Shown: positions 1-8,935 of the stretch, one piece after another | Numbering within the stretch: position 1 is the first letter of the stretch | How the letters are laid out: each line of letters starts with the position of its first letter | Source: Kofleriaceae bacterium | GTDB lineage: Bacteria > Myxococcota_A > Polyangia > Haliangiales > Haliangiaceae | DNA length: 64,000 nt | Direction of reading: 5' to 3' | Assembly: GCA_035715365.1 (NCBI GenBank) | Contig: DASTLB010000022.1 | Location: 208,242-272,241, forward strand | Made by a program: the position numbers and the translations under genes | The notes under the pieces: model-generated | What the model saw: the letters and a program-made list of their open reading frames with translations, nothing else | Database searches by the model: none | What the model was told of the DNA's origin: nothing

Positions 1-588
1 GCGCGACGAGATCGAACATCAGCTCGTCGTCGTCGAGCTCGGCGCCGTAGACCTTGACGAACATCGGCGCGTACTTCGCGGCGCGCACCTTCGCGATCAG
101 CGCCGCGACGCTCGGGTTGTTCATCTCGCGCGGATTGAGGAACGGCTGCTTCGCCTGATCGGCGAGCGTGTCGGCGCGGCCATCCCAGAACTGACCGCCG
201 ACGGGGACGTACTCGACGACCTCACCATCGCTGACGGTCTCGACGTGAAACGGCGGCGCGAACATCGCGTACGCGGCGGTCGGCGTGTTGCGCGTGCCGA
301 CGACGCCCCGGACCGCGCCCGCGGCGACGCCATCGACGCGCGAGCCGTCATCGCCGGCAAAGCCGGTTCGTGCGTCGTGACACGACCCGCACGCCTGACC
401 GCGCGGCTCGGACAGGTTCGTGTCCTCGAACAGCAGCTTGCCGAGCAGCTGCTCGTCGGTGAGATCGCGATCGTGGATCGACAGGTCCGCGAGGTCGCTC
501 GACTCGTCGGTCGCACACGCGACGAGCGAGGTGGTTCCGACGAGGATGGCAATCGAGGCGAACGCGAAGCGAGAGCTGGGTGTGGACA
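1..588 (-). CDS. Cytochrome c peroxidase-family (CCP/MauG-like) lipoprotein, 5' part only; the gene runs off the window start
   Basis: Manual minus-strand translation from the ATG at 588 gives MSTPSSRFAFASIAILVGTTSLVACATDE...GQACGSCHDARTGF..., with a signal peptide plus lipobox (LVAC) and a CxxCH haem motif. There is a GGAG Shine-Dalgarno sequence about 8 nt upstream and no stop codon before coordinate 1. It is absent from the ORF track because it is partial. Confidence 0.6.
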
Positions 589-798
589 TACGGGGACTCC
601 GGCCCGTGCCGCACACGTCTCCCAGCACGGGTGACCTGACGGCGATCGATCGGGCTTATCCCGACTCTCAGCAACGCGCGTGCCGGTGACAACCCGGCGA
701 ATCGCAACGCGGCCTACAGTTCGTCGATGGGCCGGGCGTGCGCGCACGCCATGGATCGTGGACGCAGCGCACGGTCGACCCGCAGTTGTCCCGGACGG

Positions 799-2082
799 CT
801 ACTGCTTCGGCCGCGTGATCATGATGTGCCAGTTGTTGTTCGAGTCGATGTAGCCGAACCGGAACGGCGCCGGTCCCTTCGAGGCCTTCCACGCGTTGCG
901 CATGTCGAGGTCCTCCTTGCCACCGACGGCGAAGTCGAGCCCGGGCTGGACGAACTTGCCGTACGTCTCCTGCTCCATGCCCGCGGGCTTCGCGTACATC
1001 GGCGGGATCCCCGTCGAGTCGGAGATCATCCACGCGAGGTGATCGAGGATGTACTTGCGCATCGTCGTGAACTCGTCGCGCCACAGCAGGTAGCTCGCGC
1101 CCTTGACGATGATCGTCACCTTGCCCTTGGCCTCGAGGTGACGCAGCACGCCCGGCTCGGACTGCAGGTGCTTGTTGTCGAGGTTCCACGCGATGTGGCG
1201 GTGCGTGCGCAGCGTCGTCTCGCCGACCTTGCGATACGTCAGCTCGACGTTGCGGTACGACTCCGCGAACGCCGGGTTGTGCCAGCGCTCGGACAGCGGC
1301 TTCGTGTTCGACGTGTCGGCGTCGATCTTTGCCTGGTCGACGTAGATCAGCTTGCCGGTGTCGTCGATGTGGAAGTACCGCATGCCGACCGGCTCGTAAC
1401 CCGCGACGTGCATCGCGAGCAGGAACGACGACACCTGCCCGGGCACCGCGTTCTTCTGCTGCGCGGACAGGTTGACACTCGTGTTCGAGCCGTACGCGAC
1501 GAGCCACTCGATCTCCTTGCGAAACGCCGCGAGGCTCTTGTCGAGGTCGCCCGGCGTCAGTGACATCCAGCGCCGCGGATCGCCCGCGAGCTCGAGCGAG
1601 ATCGTCGTGATCTCGGTCGCGTCGGGGAACGCGATCAGCGCCGACAGCAGATCGCCGCCGCCGAACGGATAGACGATCGTCTTCGGGATGTCGGCCGGCG
1701 CGTGCTCGGCCATCCACTTCTTGACGATCTCGAGATTCGCCGCGCGGAACTTCTCGACGTCGGGCGCGATCGTCTTGCAGTGCTTGTCGACGACCTTCTG
1801 GAACTTCGCGAGGTCGTCGGGCAGCGGCCCTTCACCGCCGCAGCCGACGACGCGAAACAGCCGCTGCGCGTCGGCCGAGAAGTCGACGCCATCACCGGCC
1901 GGCGGCGCCGCGGCCGTATCGCTCGGCGCGCTGGCATCCGCGGCCGCGACCGCGGCATCGATCGCGGGCGCCGCGGCAGCGTCGGCAGCGACAGGTTTCG
2001 GCGGCTCGTGCGCGGGCTCGGACTTCTTGTCCTTGCAGGCAACGAGCGCGAGGGAACACACGAGCAGGGTCAGACTTCGCAC
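799..2082 (-). CDS. Secreted lipoprotein of unknown function, paralogue 1 of a three-member family (motif IVYPFGGGDL)
   Basis: The 427 aa ORF has a signal peptide with a lipobox (LVAC). It shares conserved blocks with the ORFs at 24586-25806 and 28067-29209: HCKK-like block, VYPF(A/G)GGDL, ITT(I/L)SLE(L/P)AGD, YRHI(A/M)(W/A)NLD and FRFGY. Confidence 0.7.
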   Translation of the reverse strand: MRSLTLLVCSLALVACKDKKSEPAHEPPKPVAADAAAAPAIDAAVAAADASAPSDTAAAPPAGDGVDFSADAQRLFRVVGCGGEGPLPDDLAKFQKVVDKHCKTIAPDVEKFRAANLEIVKKWMAEHAPADIPKTIVYPFGGGDLLSALIAFPDATEITTISLELAGDPRRWMSLTPGDLDKSLAAFRKEIEWLVAYGSNTSVNLSAQQKNAVPGQVSSFLLAMHVAGYEPVGMRYFHIDDTGKLIYVDQAKIDADTSNTKPLSERWHNPAFAESYRNVELTYRKVGETTLRTHRHIAWNLDNKHLQSEPGVLRHLEAKGKVTIIVKGASYLLWRDEFTTMRKYILDHLAWMISDSTGIPPMYAKPAGMEQETYGKFVQPGLDFAVGGKEDLDMRNAWKASKGPAPFRFGYIDSNNNWHIMITRPKQ

Positions 2083-2101
2083 GCGCGGACGATACGACAG
2101 C

Positions 2102-3004
2102 TCACCGGGCGGGTATTCCCGTGACGAGCACGTAGTGCGTCCCGGTGACGAACACCTGGCGGTGATGCTGCTGCAGGTACTTGCGATAGAACGCGATGTC
2201 CTTGATCAGCAGGCCGAGCTCGGCCTGGCGGAAGTTCTTCATCCGCGCGCCCGACGAGACTTCACCATCGAGGTAGCGACAGTTCGGGACGCCGACGATC
2301 ACCGAGCCGTCGGTGGCGAGATGATCCTGGACGACGCGGCGCAGGACCTCGCGATCGTCGATCCCGGCGCTCTGCAGCGTGCCGAGCGCGAGCACGAGGT
2401 CGAATCGCCCGAGCCCGAGCGGCGCGAGCACGTGGACGTCGGCCTCGTGGAACACGGCGTCGGGGAACCGGTCGCGCGCGATCGCGAGCGCCGACGCGCT
2501 GTGATCGATCCCGACGAACGCGGCCGCGAGATCCGGCGCGAGCGCGCGGACGAGCGCGATCTCGTCACCGGTGTTGACGCCGAGGCACAGGATCCGTGCA
2601 CCGGCCGGCAGCGCGCAGCGTGCGAGCGCATCGCCGACGTCGAGCACGAAGCCCGGATCCTCGAGCTTCGAGATCCGCGCGAATCCCGATGCCGTGCCGT
2701 ACTTCTCGGCGCCATCGCCGGACCACGCGGGCGCGTCCGCAAGCCGCTCGAACCGCAGCTCGATCGCCGGCGGCTCGACGCGCTGGACGAGCACGCGCGC
2801 ACCGGCGCGATCGGCGAGCTCGACCCATGCCGCGACCGCGCGATGGACGTACGACACACCGTCGATCACGACCCGCTCGCCGGTGTAGTGGCCACGACCG
2901 AGCGCCGGATCGAGCACGCGGATCTCCGAGGCGCCCGCGGCCTCGAGCTCCGCGGTGACGTGCGCGATCACCGCGAGCAGTGGCTCGTCGGTGAAGCCCC
3001 TCAC
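2102..3004 (-). CDS. Class I SAM-dependent methyltransferase
   Basis: Only the last roughly 298 aa of the 730 aa track ORF 2102-4294 are protein-like. Methyltransferase motif-I-like segment ARILCLGVNTGDE plus FVGIDHS. The GTG start at 3002-3004 overlaps the TGA stop of the upstream gene (GTGA, 4-nt overlap). The upstream part of the track ORF is an Arg-rich alternative frame of the 3001-4377 gene. Confidence 0.7.
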   Translation of the reverse strand: MRGFTDEPLLAVIAHVTAELEAAGASEIRVLDPALGRGHYTGERVVIDGVSYVHRAVAAWVELADRAGARVLVQRVEPPAIELRFERLADAPAWSGDGAEKYGTASGFARISKLEDPGFVLDVGDALARCALPAGARILCLGVNTGDEIALVRALAPDLAAAFVGIDHSASALAIARDRFPDAVFHEADVHVLAPLGLGRFDLVLALGTLQSAGIDDREVLRRVVQDHLATDGSVIVGVPNCRYLDGEVSSGARMKNFRQAELGLLIKDIAFYRKYLQQHHRQVFVTGTHYVLVTGIPAR

Positions 3005-4341
3005 CGCCGCGCAGCAGCTGCGCGCGCCTTGTCCTTGCGCTTCTGCGCGCTCTTCGAGACGACCTTCGCCGGGGCCGGCGCGATGTCCGGTGTCTCGACG
3101 ACCGACTCGACCGGCTGCTTCGCGGCGCCGCGCGTCCACTCGGGGCGCCAGAAGCCGACGACGGCGGCCGGGATCAGCGGCCACAGCAGCGGCGCGAGCA
3201 TCGGTTGCTTCAGCACGCCGGCGAGGTTCAGCAGCCCGACGACCACGAGCATCACGACGCGGCCGCGCGCGTACAGCTGCTGCTTTCTGCCGCGCAGGAA
3301 CAGCAGCAGGATGTCGAACGGGAAGAACACCATCATCGTCTCGTTCGTCTCGACGTACGGCAGCGGGCTGATGATCGCGAGGAACCACAGCACGAAGCCG
3401 AGGATCGTCGGCGGCAGGATCGAGAACGCGAGCCCGAGGCGCTGGAACCGGCCGAACAGCCGCGACAGCCACACCGGCGCGGTCGCGAGCAGGATCACGA
3501 GCGCGAACAGCAGGCGGCCGCTCGGCCCGTCGTGCAGCGACGGTGGGCCCTTGCGCTCGTAGACCGTGATCGGCTGGATGCCCCACTTCTTCGCGACCGC
3601 CTCGCGCAGGTAGTCGGGCAGGAACATGCGCTCGTAGTACGACGGCACGCGATCGGTCGCGGCGCCCATCGCGATGTCGGTGATCAGCAGCGGCACGCGC
3701 ATGCCGTAGAAGCCCTCGCGCGCGAGATCGCGAAACGTCCGGCCGTCGGTGGGCTCGTTCATCGAGCGCAGCGCACCGCCGGTCGCGTTGTCGAGGATGT
3801 CGCGGACGCGCGTCGTGCAGTTGTCCCAGAAGTGATCGTACGCGTAGTACTTGTTCTGCTCGAGGATGTCGCTCTCGAGCTTCGCGATGACCTGCTGCTT
3901 CTGCTCGCGCGATAGCGGCAACGGCTGGACCCAGATCGATCGATCCGCGTCGCGGTAGATGTCGAGCATCGGATCGGCGGCGATCTTGCCGACCCAGAAG
4001 CTCTTCGTGCCGCGGAAGAAGCCCCACGCCATCCCGAGCGGGTGCCCGAAGTCGCCGACGCCGTAGTTGTAACAGACGTCGCGATAGCGATCGTGGAACC
4101 GCAGGCACAGCGCGATGTGACCGTGGCGCTCCCAGATCAGCGAGCCGACGCCCATCGTGACGAGCTCGATCGTCGGCTCCTCGTCGTAGAGCTTCGCGAT
4201 CTCCGGCGGGCACTGCGTCGACTCGCACGCGAGCGGCAGCGGCTCCCAGTCCGGACCGCGGCGCCGCGCGTCGGCAGACACCGCCATGCCACACACGATC
4301 GCGAGCGCCAGCACCCAGATCCGGCCGAGACCAGCAGACAT
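3001..4341 (-). CDS. Membrane protein with an N-terminal signal peptide and C-terminal multi-TM region (DUF4105-like architecture)
   Basis: ORF 3001-4377. The internal Met at 4341 gives the signal peptide MSAGLGRIWVLALAIVCGMAVSADA. There is a periplasmic domain followed by 4-5 hydrophobic helices (LLFALVILLATAPVWL, ILGFVLWFLAIISPL, VVMLVVVGLLNLAGV, LLWPLIPAAVVGF). The family assignment is from memory and has not been searched. Confidence 0.55.
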   Translation of the reverse strand: MSAGLGRIWVLALAIVCGMAVSADARRRGPDWEPLPLACESTQCPPEIAKLYDEEPTIELVTMGVGSLIWERHGHIALCLRFHDRYRDVCYNYGVGDFGHPLGMAWGFFRGTKSFWVGKIAADPMLDIYRDADRSIWVQPLPLSREQKQQVIAKLESDILEQNKYYAYDHFWDNCTTRVRDILDNATGGALRSMNEPTDGRTFRDLAREGFYGMRVPLLITDIAMGAATDRVPSYYERMFLPDYLREAVAKKWGIQPITVYERKGPPSLHDGPSGRLLFALVILLATAPVWLSRLFGRFQRLGLAFSILPPTILGFVLWFLAIISPLPYVETNETMMVFFPFDILLLFLRGRKQQLYARGRVVMLVVVGLLNLAGVLKQPMLAPLLWPLIPAAVVGFWRPEWTRGAAKQPVESVVETPDIAPAPAKVVSKSAQKRKDKARAAAARR

Positions 4342-4400
4342 CTCCGCCAGTGTGTTGTGACGGCCGATTCTTCGCAAGCGAGTCGTGCTACCAGTGCGCC

Positions 4401-6353
4401 GTGGGCTTCACCGTCGACGCCACCGCGCCGGACTCGCGCGCTCGCAGCGCGACGCTCGTCACGCCCCACGGTGCGATCGAGACGCCGGTGTTCATGCCGG
4501 TCGGGACCCGCGGCACGGTGCGGACGCAGACGCTCGCTCAGCTCGAGCAGCTCGGCGCGCCGATCCTGCTCGCGAATACCTACCACCTCTGGGTCCGTCC
4601 GGGCCGCGCGGTGTTCGAGCAGCTCGGCGGGCTGCACCGGTTCATGGGGTGGTCGCGCGCGCTGCTGACCGATTCGGGAGGCTTTCAGATCTTCTCGCTG
4701 CCCGGGACGCGCGTGGCGGAGGACGGTGCCGAGCTCGACGGTCAGTGGCTGACGCCGGAGAGCTCGATCGCGATGCAGACCGCGATCGGAGCCGACATCA
4801 TGATGGTCCTCGACCACTGCGTCGCTGCGAAGAGCTCGCACGCCGAGGCGCGCGATGCGATGGACCGCACGCATCGCTGGGCACGCCGCAGCCTCGCGGC
4901 ACGCACGACCGTGCAGCAGCTGTTCGGGATCGTGCAGGGCGCGTGTGTACCGGAGCTGCGGCGCGAGAGCGCGGCGGTCGTGACCGCGCTGCCGTTCGAC
5001 GGCTACGCGATCGGCGGGCTCGCGGTCGGCGAGACGCGCGCCGAGCGGCAGGACATGACCGAGCTCGTGACGGACCTGCTGCCGCACGACCGCCCGCGCT
5101 ACCTGATGGGCGTCGGGACGCCGCTCGATCTGCTCGAGGGCGTGCACCGCGGCGTCGATCTGTTCGATTGCATCCTGCCGACCGCGCTCGCGCAGCAAGG
5201 TGTCGCGTTCACGTCGCGTGGCCGGATCGAGCTCGATCGCGGCGTCCACCGGCTGTCCGAGGTCGCGCTCGATCCGCGGTGCGACTGCGCGGCGTGCACG
5301 CGGCACTCGCGCGCGTACCTGCATCACCTCGTCAAGTGCAAGGAGCCGCTCGCGTGGCAGCTGCTCGCGACGCACAACCTCGCATTCTATCTGCGCCTGA
5401 TGTCCGATATCCGGACCGCGATCCGCGCCGGCACGTTCGCGCGGTTCGTCGTCGAGCAGCGCCCGATCCTCGGCGCCGCCGATCTCGATCATCCGCCCGG
5501 CAAGCATCCGCGCAAGAAGCGCGGCAAGCCGACCGCGCGCGGTGCGTTCGCGCTCCACGTCGATCCGGCGCGCGAGCGCGCGAGCATCCGCCACGTCGCG
5601 TCCGGCGAGATCATGCACTCGGTCAACGATCCGGACGTCGAGGCCGAGCGGATCTACATCGATCAGTCGCGCCGGATCGCGCACGCGCTCGCGAGGGCGA
5701 CGCCGCTCGTCGTCTGGGATGTCGGGCTCGGCGCGGCGCACAACGCGATGGCGCTCGTGCGCCGGCTCGCCGGTCGCGACGTGCCGTGCACGCTCGTCAG
5801 CTTCGAGCGCGATCTCGACGCGCTCCGGCTCGCGGTCATGCACACCGGCGCGTTTCCGCACCTGCGCCACGAGGCGCCGCATCGCCTGCTGCACGCGGGC
5901 CACTACGCGCGCGACGGCCTGACGTGGGTGCTGCGCGAGGGCGACTTCCTCGACCATCTCGACGCGGCGCCGCGGCCCGACGTGATCTTCTACGATCCGT
6001 TCTCGACGAAGGTCGACGGTCCGCTGTGGTCGTTCGCGACGCTGTCGCGGCTGTACGCGGTGCTCGCGCGCGAGCCGCGGCCGTGCGAGCTGTTCACGTA
6101 CACGACGTCGACCGCGGTGCGCACCGCGCTGCTCGCGGCCGGGTTTCACGTCGCGTGCGGCGTCGCGTCGGGCCCGAAGGCGGAGACCACGATCGCGCTC
6201 GTCCATCCCGAGCCCGGCGAGCACGCGTGGCTCGGCGCGGACTGGCTCGATCGGCGCGCGCGGTCGACGGCGCGTTGGCCTGCCGACGGCGATCCGGCAC
6301 AGATCGAACGCGCGCTCGCGGCGCACGCGCAGTTCCAGGTGCCACGTGGCTGA
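4401..6353 (+). CDS. tgt: Queuine tRNA-ribosyltransferase (Tgt) fused to a C-terminal MnmC-type (DUF752) SAM-methyltransferase-like domain
   Basis: Tgt motifs are present: RARSATLVTPHGAIETPVFMPVGT, DSGGFQ, GGLAVGE and a Zn site CDCAAC...H. The C-terminal roughly 250 aa align by eye to the E. coli MnmC N-terminal domain: VVWDVGLGAAHN~ETGFGTGLN, LVSFERDLDAL~FISFEKFPL, DVIFYDPFSTKVDGPLWS~DAWFLDGFAPAKNPDMWT, ELFTYTTSTAVRTALLAAGF~[20 protein letters not shown]. The start is chosen at GTG 4401 (MGFTVDATAPDSRARS, like E. coli MKFELDTTDGRARRG). The track start at 4350 is an alternative. Confidence 0.8.
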   Translation: MGFTVDATAPDSRARSATLVTPHGAIETPVFMPVGTRGTVRTQTLAQLEQLGAPILLANTYHLWVRPGRAVFEQLGGLHRFMGWSRALLTDSGGFQIFSLPGTRVAEDGAELDGQWLTPESSIAMQTAIGADIMMVLDHCVAAKSSHAEARDAMDRTHRWARRSLAARTTVQQLFGIVQGACVPELRRESAAVVTALPFDGYAIGGLAVGETRAERQDMTELVTDLLPHDRPRYLMGVGTPLDLLEGVHRGVDLFDCILPTALAQQGVAFTSRGRIELDRGVHRLSEVALDPRCDCAACTRHSRAYLHHLVKCKEPLAWQLLATHNLAFYLRLMSDIRTAIRAGTFARFVVEQRPILGAADLDHPPGKHPRKKRGKPTARGAFALHVDPARERASIRHVASGEIMHSVNDPDVEAERIYIDQSRRIAHALARATPLVVWDVGLGAAHNAMALVRRLAGRDVPCTLVSFERDLDALRLAVMHTGAFPHLRHEAPHRLLHAGHYARDGLTWVLREGDFLDHLDAAPRPDVIFYDPFSTKVDGPLWSFATLSRLYAVLAREPRPCELFTYTTSTAVRTALLAAGFHVACGVASGPKAETTIALVHPEPGEHAWLGADWLDRRARSTARWPADGDPAQIERALAAHAQFQVPRG

Positions 6354-6735
6354 CTGTCCGTGCGGCTCGGGGCTCGCGCGCGACGCGTGCTGCCAGCGCT
6401 ACCTCGACGGCGTGCCGGCACCGACCGCGCTCGCGCTGATGCGCTCGCGCTACACGGCATATGTCGTCGGCGCGATCGATTACCTGATCGACACCCAGGA
6501 TGAATCGACGCGCGATACCGTCGATCGCGCCGCGATCACGAAGTGGTCGAAGCAGACGCTGTGGCTCGGCCTCGAGATCGTCGACACCGTCGACGGCAGC
6601 GAGCGCGACCGCCAGGGCGTCGTCGAGTTCGTCGCACGCGGCGTCACGCGCGGCGCGCCGTTCGCACAGCGCGAGCGCTCGCGGTTCCGGCGCACCGGCG
6701 GGCGCTGGTACTACGTCGATGGCAAGGTCCGCTGA
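6346..6735 (+). CDS. ychJ: YchJ family protein (SEC-C metal-binding motif, UPF0225)
   Basis: The N-terminal CPCGSG...CC SEC-C-type motif and the length are typical of YchJ. The GTG start overlaps the tgt stop by 8 nt. Confidence 0.7.
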   Translation: MADCPCGSGLARDACCQRYLDGVPAPTALALMRSRYTAYVVGAIDYLIDTQDESTRDTVDRAAITKWSKQTLWLGLEIVDTVDGSERDRQGVVEFVARGVTRGAPFAQRERSRFRRTGGRWYYVDGKVR

Positions 6736-7134
6736 CTACTCGGTCTTCTGCGTCGCCGCGCCCGGATCCGCGGTCGGCTGCGATCTGGTCTGCTTCGCGC
6801 CGAACACGCTGCACGTGTTGTTGCGGATCACCCAGTCGGCATCGTTGAGGCAGAGGTCGAGGTCGTCGAGCTCGCACGCGACGTTGTCCTGGTCGACGAG
6901 CATCGCGTCGTAGAACCCGCAGTCGACGCCGAGCGTCAGCGACTCGCCCGGGAGCAGCACGTCGCCGCGCAGCAGGTTCGGCCCCCAGGACTCGCTGACG
7001 TCGGGGGTCAGATAGATCTCGGTGATCGTGAAGTCGGAGTCGTTGACGACGCGCAGCGACGCATCGCTCGTGGTGCAGCCGGCGGCGGCGGCGAGCGCGA
7101 GGGCCAGAGCGGTCGGAAGCAGTCGAGTTCGCAT
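6736..7134 (-). CDS. Small lipoprotein, hypothetical
   Basis: Signal peptide MRTRLLPTALALALAAAAGC with a lipobox. Non-biased composition. Confidence 0.55.
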   Translation of the reverse strand: MRTRLLPTALALALAAAAGCTTSDASLRVVNDSDFTITEIYLTPDVSESWGPNLLRGDVLLPGESLTLGVDCGFYDAMLVDQDNVACELDDLDLCLNDADWVIRNNTCSVFGAKQTRSQPTADPGAATQKTE

Positions 7135-7355
7135 CCCCGACGGACGAGCAACCCGTATGCCCGCGTGATGTCACGGGGTTGCGTCGATCCTGGAGCGCCG
7201 GTCACGTGCGCCTTCGCCACGACCGGCCGCCGGCGTGCTGCTACTGCACGGGGGCTGCACCCGCGCTGCACCGGTGCACTGGCAGCGCCGGCTGAGCCAG
7301 CTCCAGCACATACGCGCTCGCCGACGTGGCATGTCGGCTGCTCGTCGGCGCCGCC

Positions 7356-7712
7356 ATGCAAAAGACCCTGTCGATCCTCCTCCTCTCCTGCGTCGCGCTG
7401 CTCGGCGCCTGCTCCAAGAACAAGGACAGCGAGCAAGCGCAGCGGCTCGGCGCGCTGTGCACCCAGGCGACCGACGATCTCAAGCGCGATGCCCAGGTCG
7501 CGGACATGAAGACGTTCCAGATGATGGTCTCGAACGCGCTGCTCGCGTGCAGCGGCGGCTGCGATGCCGGCGACGACCCGTCGTGCAAGGCGCTCGACGG
7601 TCACGTCGAGAAGCTGTGCAAGGTCAGCGCGTCGATGTGCACGGAGCTGTGCAAGACGTCCGAGGGCAAGAGCCTCAAGGACGCGACCTGTCGCCTTGCC
7701 GGAAAGAAGTGA
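7356..7712 (+). CDS. Small Cys-rich lipoprotein, hypothetical
   Basis: The internal Met of ORF 7326-7712 gives MQKTLSILLLSCVALLGAC with a lipobox. Ten Cys residues in about 118 aa. Confidence 0.5.
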   Translation: MQKTLSILLLSCVALLGACSKNKDSEQAQRLGALCTQATDDLKRDAQVADMKTFQMMVSNALLACSGGCDAGDDPSCKALDGHVEKLCKVSASMCTELCKTSEGKSLKDATCRLAGKK

Positions 7713-7760
7713 CGCACGAAACCCGTTGACCGCGAGAGCGGCGCTTCGCGAAGATGGGCT

Positions 7761-8903
7761 GTGGTGTACGACCGGTTCGGTCGATATACGGTGTTCGAGT
7801 GTCTCGGGGCCGGCGGCATGGCGTCGGTGTACCGGGCGTCGGTCGACATCGGCGGTGGCGTCGAGCGCGAGGTCGCGCTGAAGCGGTTGTTGCCGCAGCT
7901 CGCCCACGACAAGGGCTTCGTCGACGACTTCATCCGCGAGGCGAAGCTCGCCGCGCAGCTCCATCACCCGAACATCGTCCGCATCCTCGAGCTCGGACGC
8001 AGCGCGGGCACGTACTTCATCGCGATGGAGCTGGTTCGCGGCCCGTCGCTGCTGAAGCTGATGAAGCTCGCGACCGCGCGGCGCACGCAGGCTCCGATCG
8101 GGGTCGTGCTCGCGATCTTGCTCGAGGTCTGCGACGCGCTCGACTACGCCGCGAACGCGACCGACGTCGACGGCGAGCTGCTGCAGATCGTGCATCGCGA
8201 TCTGTCGCCGTCGAACCTGATCATCACCGACGAGGGCCACGTCAAGATCATCGATTTCGGCGTCGCGAAGAGCCTGTCCGGCAAGTTCATGACGAACACC
8301 GGCATGGTCAAGGGCAAGCTCGGCTACATGGCGCTCGAGGTGCTCGCGGGCAAGCCGGTCGACGTGCGCGCCGACATCTTCTCGCTCGGCGTCGTCGCGT
8401 GGGAGCTGCTGTCCGGCCGCCGGCTGTTCGCGGGCGCGAACGAGATCGAGGTGATCGCGAAGCTGCGCGACGGCGCGCAGGATCCGCCGTCGACGTTCAA
8501 CATGCTGTGCCCGCCCGAGCTCGACGAGATCGTGATGCGCGCGCTGTCGCGCGACCGCGACGATCGCTGGCCGAGCGCGCTCGTGATGCGACGGACACTG
8601 GACGCGGTGCGACGGCGCTACCGCGAGGGCACGCGCGCGATCGCGGCGTGGTCGCAGAGCCTGCTGCCGCGCATGCCCGAGGTCACCGACGAGGCGACGA
8701 CGATGGAGCTATCGATGCGCGACATCGTGATCGAGCGCATGCTCCCGGCGGCGACCGCGATCGACATCGCGCCACAGGTCGATGATCCGAACGAGCACAC
8801 CGACGAGCATCCGCTCGACACCGTCGACGAGGACGACGCGGACACCGTCGAGCCCGAGCAGACGATGTTCATGGACATGGCACCGGCGCACGAAGACGAG
8901 TGA
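7761..8903 (+). CDS. Ser/Thr protein kinase (Hanks-type)
   Basis: Gly-loop LGAGGMASVY, VALKRL, HRDLSPSNL, DFG, and APE-like MALEV. Confidence 0.85.
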   Translation: MVYDRFGRYTVFECLGAGGMASVYRASVDIGGGVEREVALKRLLPQLAHDKGFVDDFIREAKLAAQLHHPNIVRILELGRSAGTYFIAMELVRGPSLLKLMKLATARRTQAPIGVVLAILLEVCDALDYAANATDVDGELLQIVHRDLSPSNLIITDEGHVKIIDFGVAKSLSGKFMTNTGMVKGKLGYMALEVLAGKPVDVRADIFSLGVVAWELLSGRRLFAGANEIEVIAKLRDGAQDPPSTFNMLCPPELDEIVMRALSRDRDDRWPSALVMRRTLDAVRRRYREGTRAIAAWSQSLLPRMPEVTDEATTMELSMRDIVIERMLPAATAIDIAPQVDDPNEHTDEHPLDTVDEDDADTVEPEQTMFMDMAPAHEDE

Positions 8904-8935
8904 TCTGCGCGCGCGGTCGGTGGCATGATCCGGCC

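Noticed and set aside
603-634. Inverted repeat CCCGTGC...GCACGGG upstream of the partial CCP gene, as a terminator
   Set aside because: It lies 15 nt upstream of the Shine-Dalgarno sequence of the next gene on the same strand, with a 16-nt loop. This is weak. It was noted but not called.
2102-4294. 730-aa ORF in the track, apparently one large gene
   Set aside because: Only the C-terminal roughly 298 aa are protein-like (a SAM methyltransferase). The upstream 430 aa are Arg/Ala/Pro-rich and are the alternative frame of the real 3001-4377 gene. This is resolved as two genes with a GTGA overlap.
4350-4400. Track start of tgt at 4350 (MCCDGRFFASESCYQC...)
   Set aside because: It leaves only 8 nt to the divergent gene and adds a Cys-rich extension absent from Tgt proteins. 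The GTG at 4401 reproduces the canonical Tgt N-terminus, and 4350 is kept as an alternative.
4137-6439. Very long ORFs 4137-6326 (-) and 4385-6439 (+) overlapping tgt
   Set aside because: Extreme Arg/Ala content and no motifs. These are typical high-GC antisense or off-frame artefacts, and the tgt frame has unmistakable family motifs.
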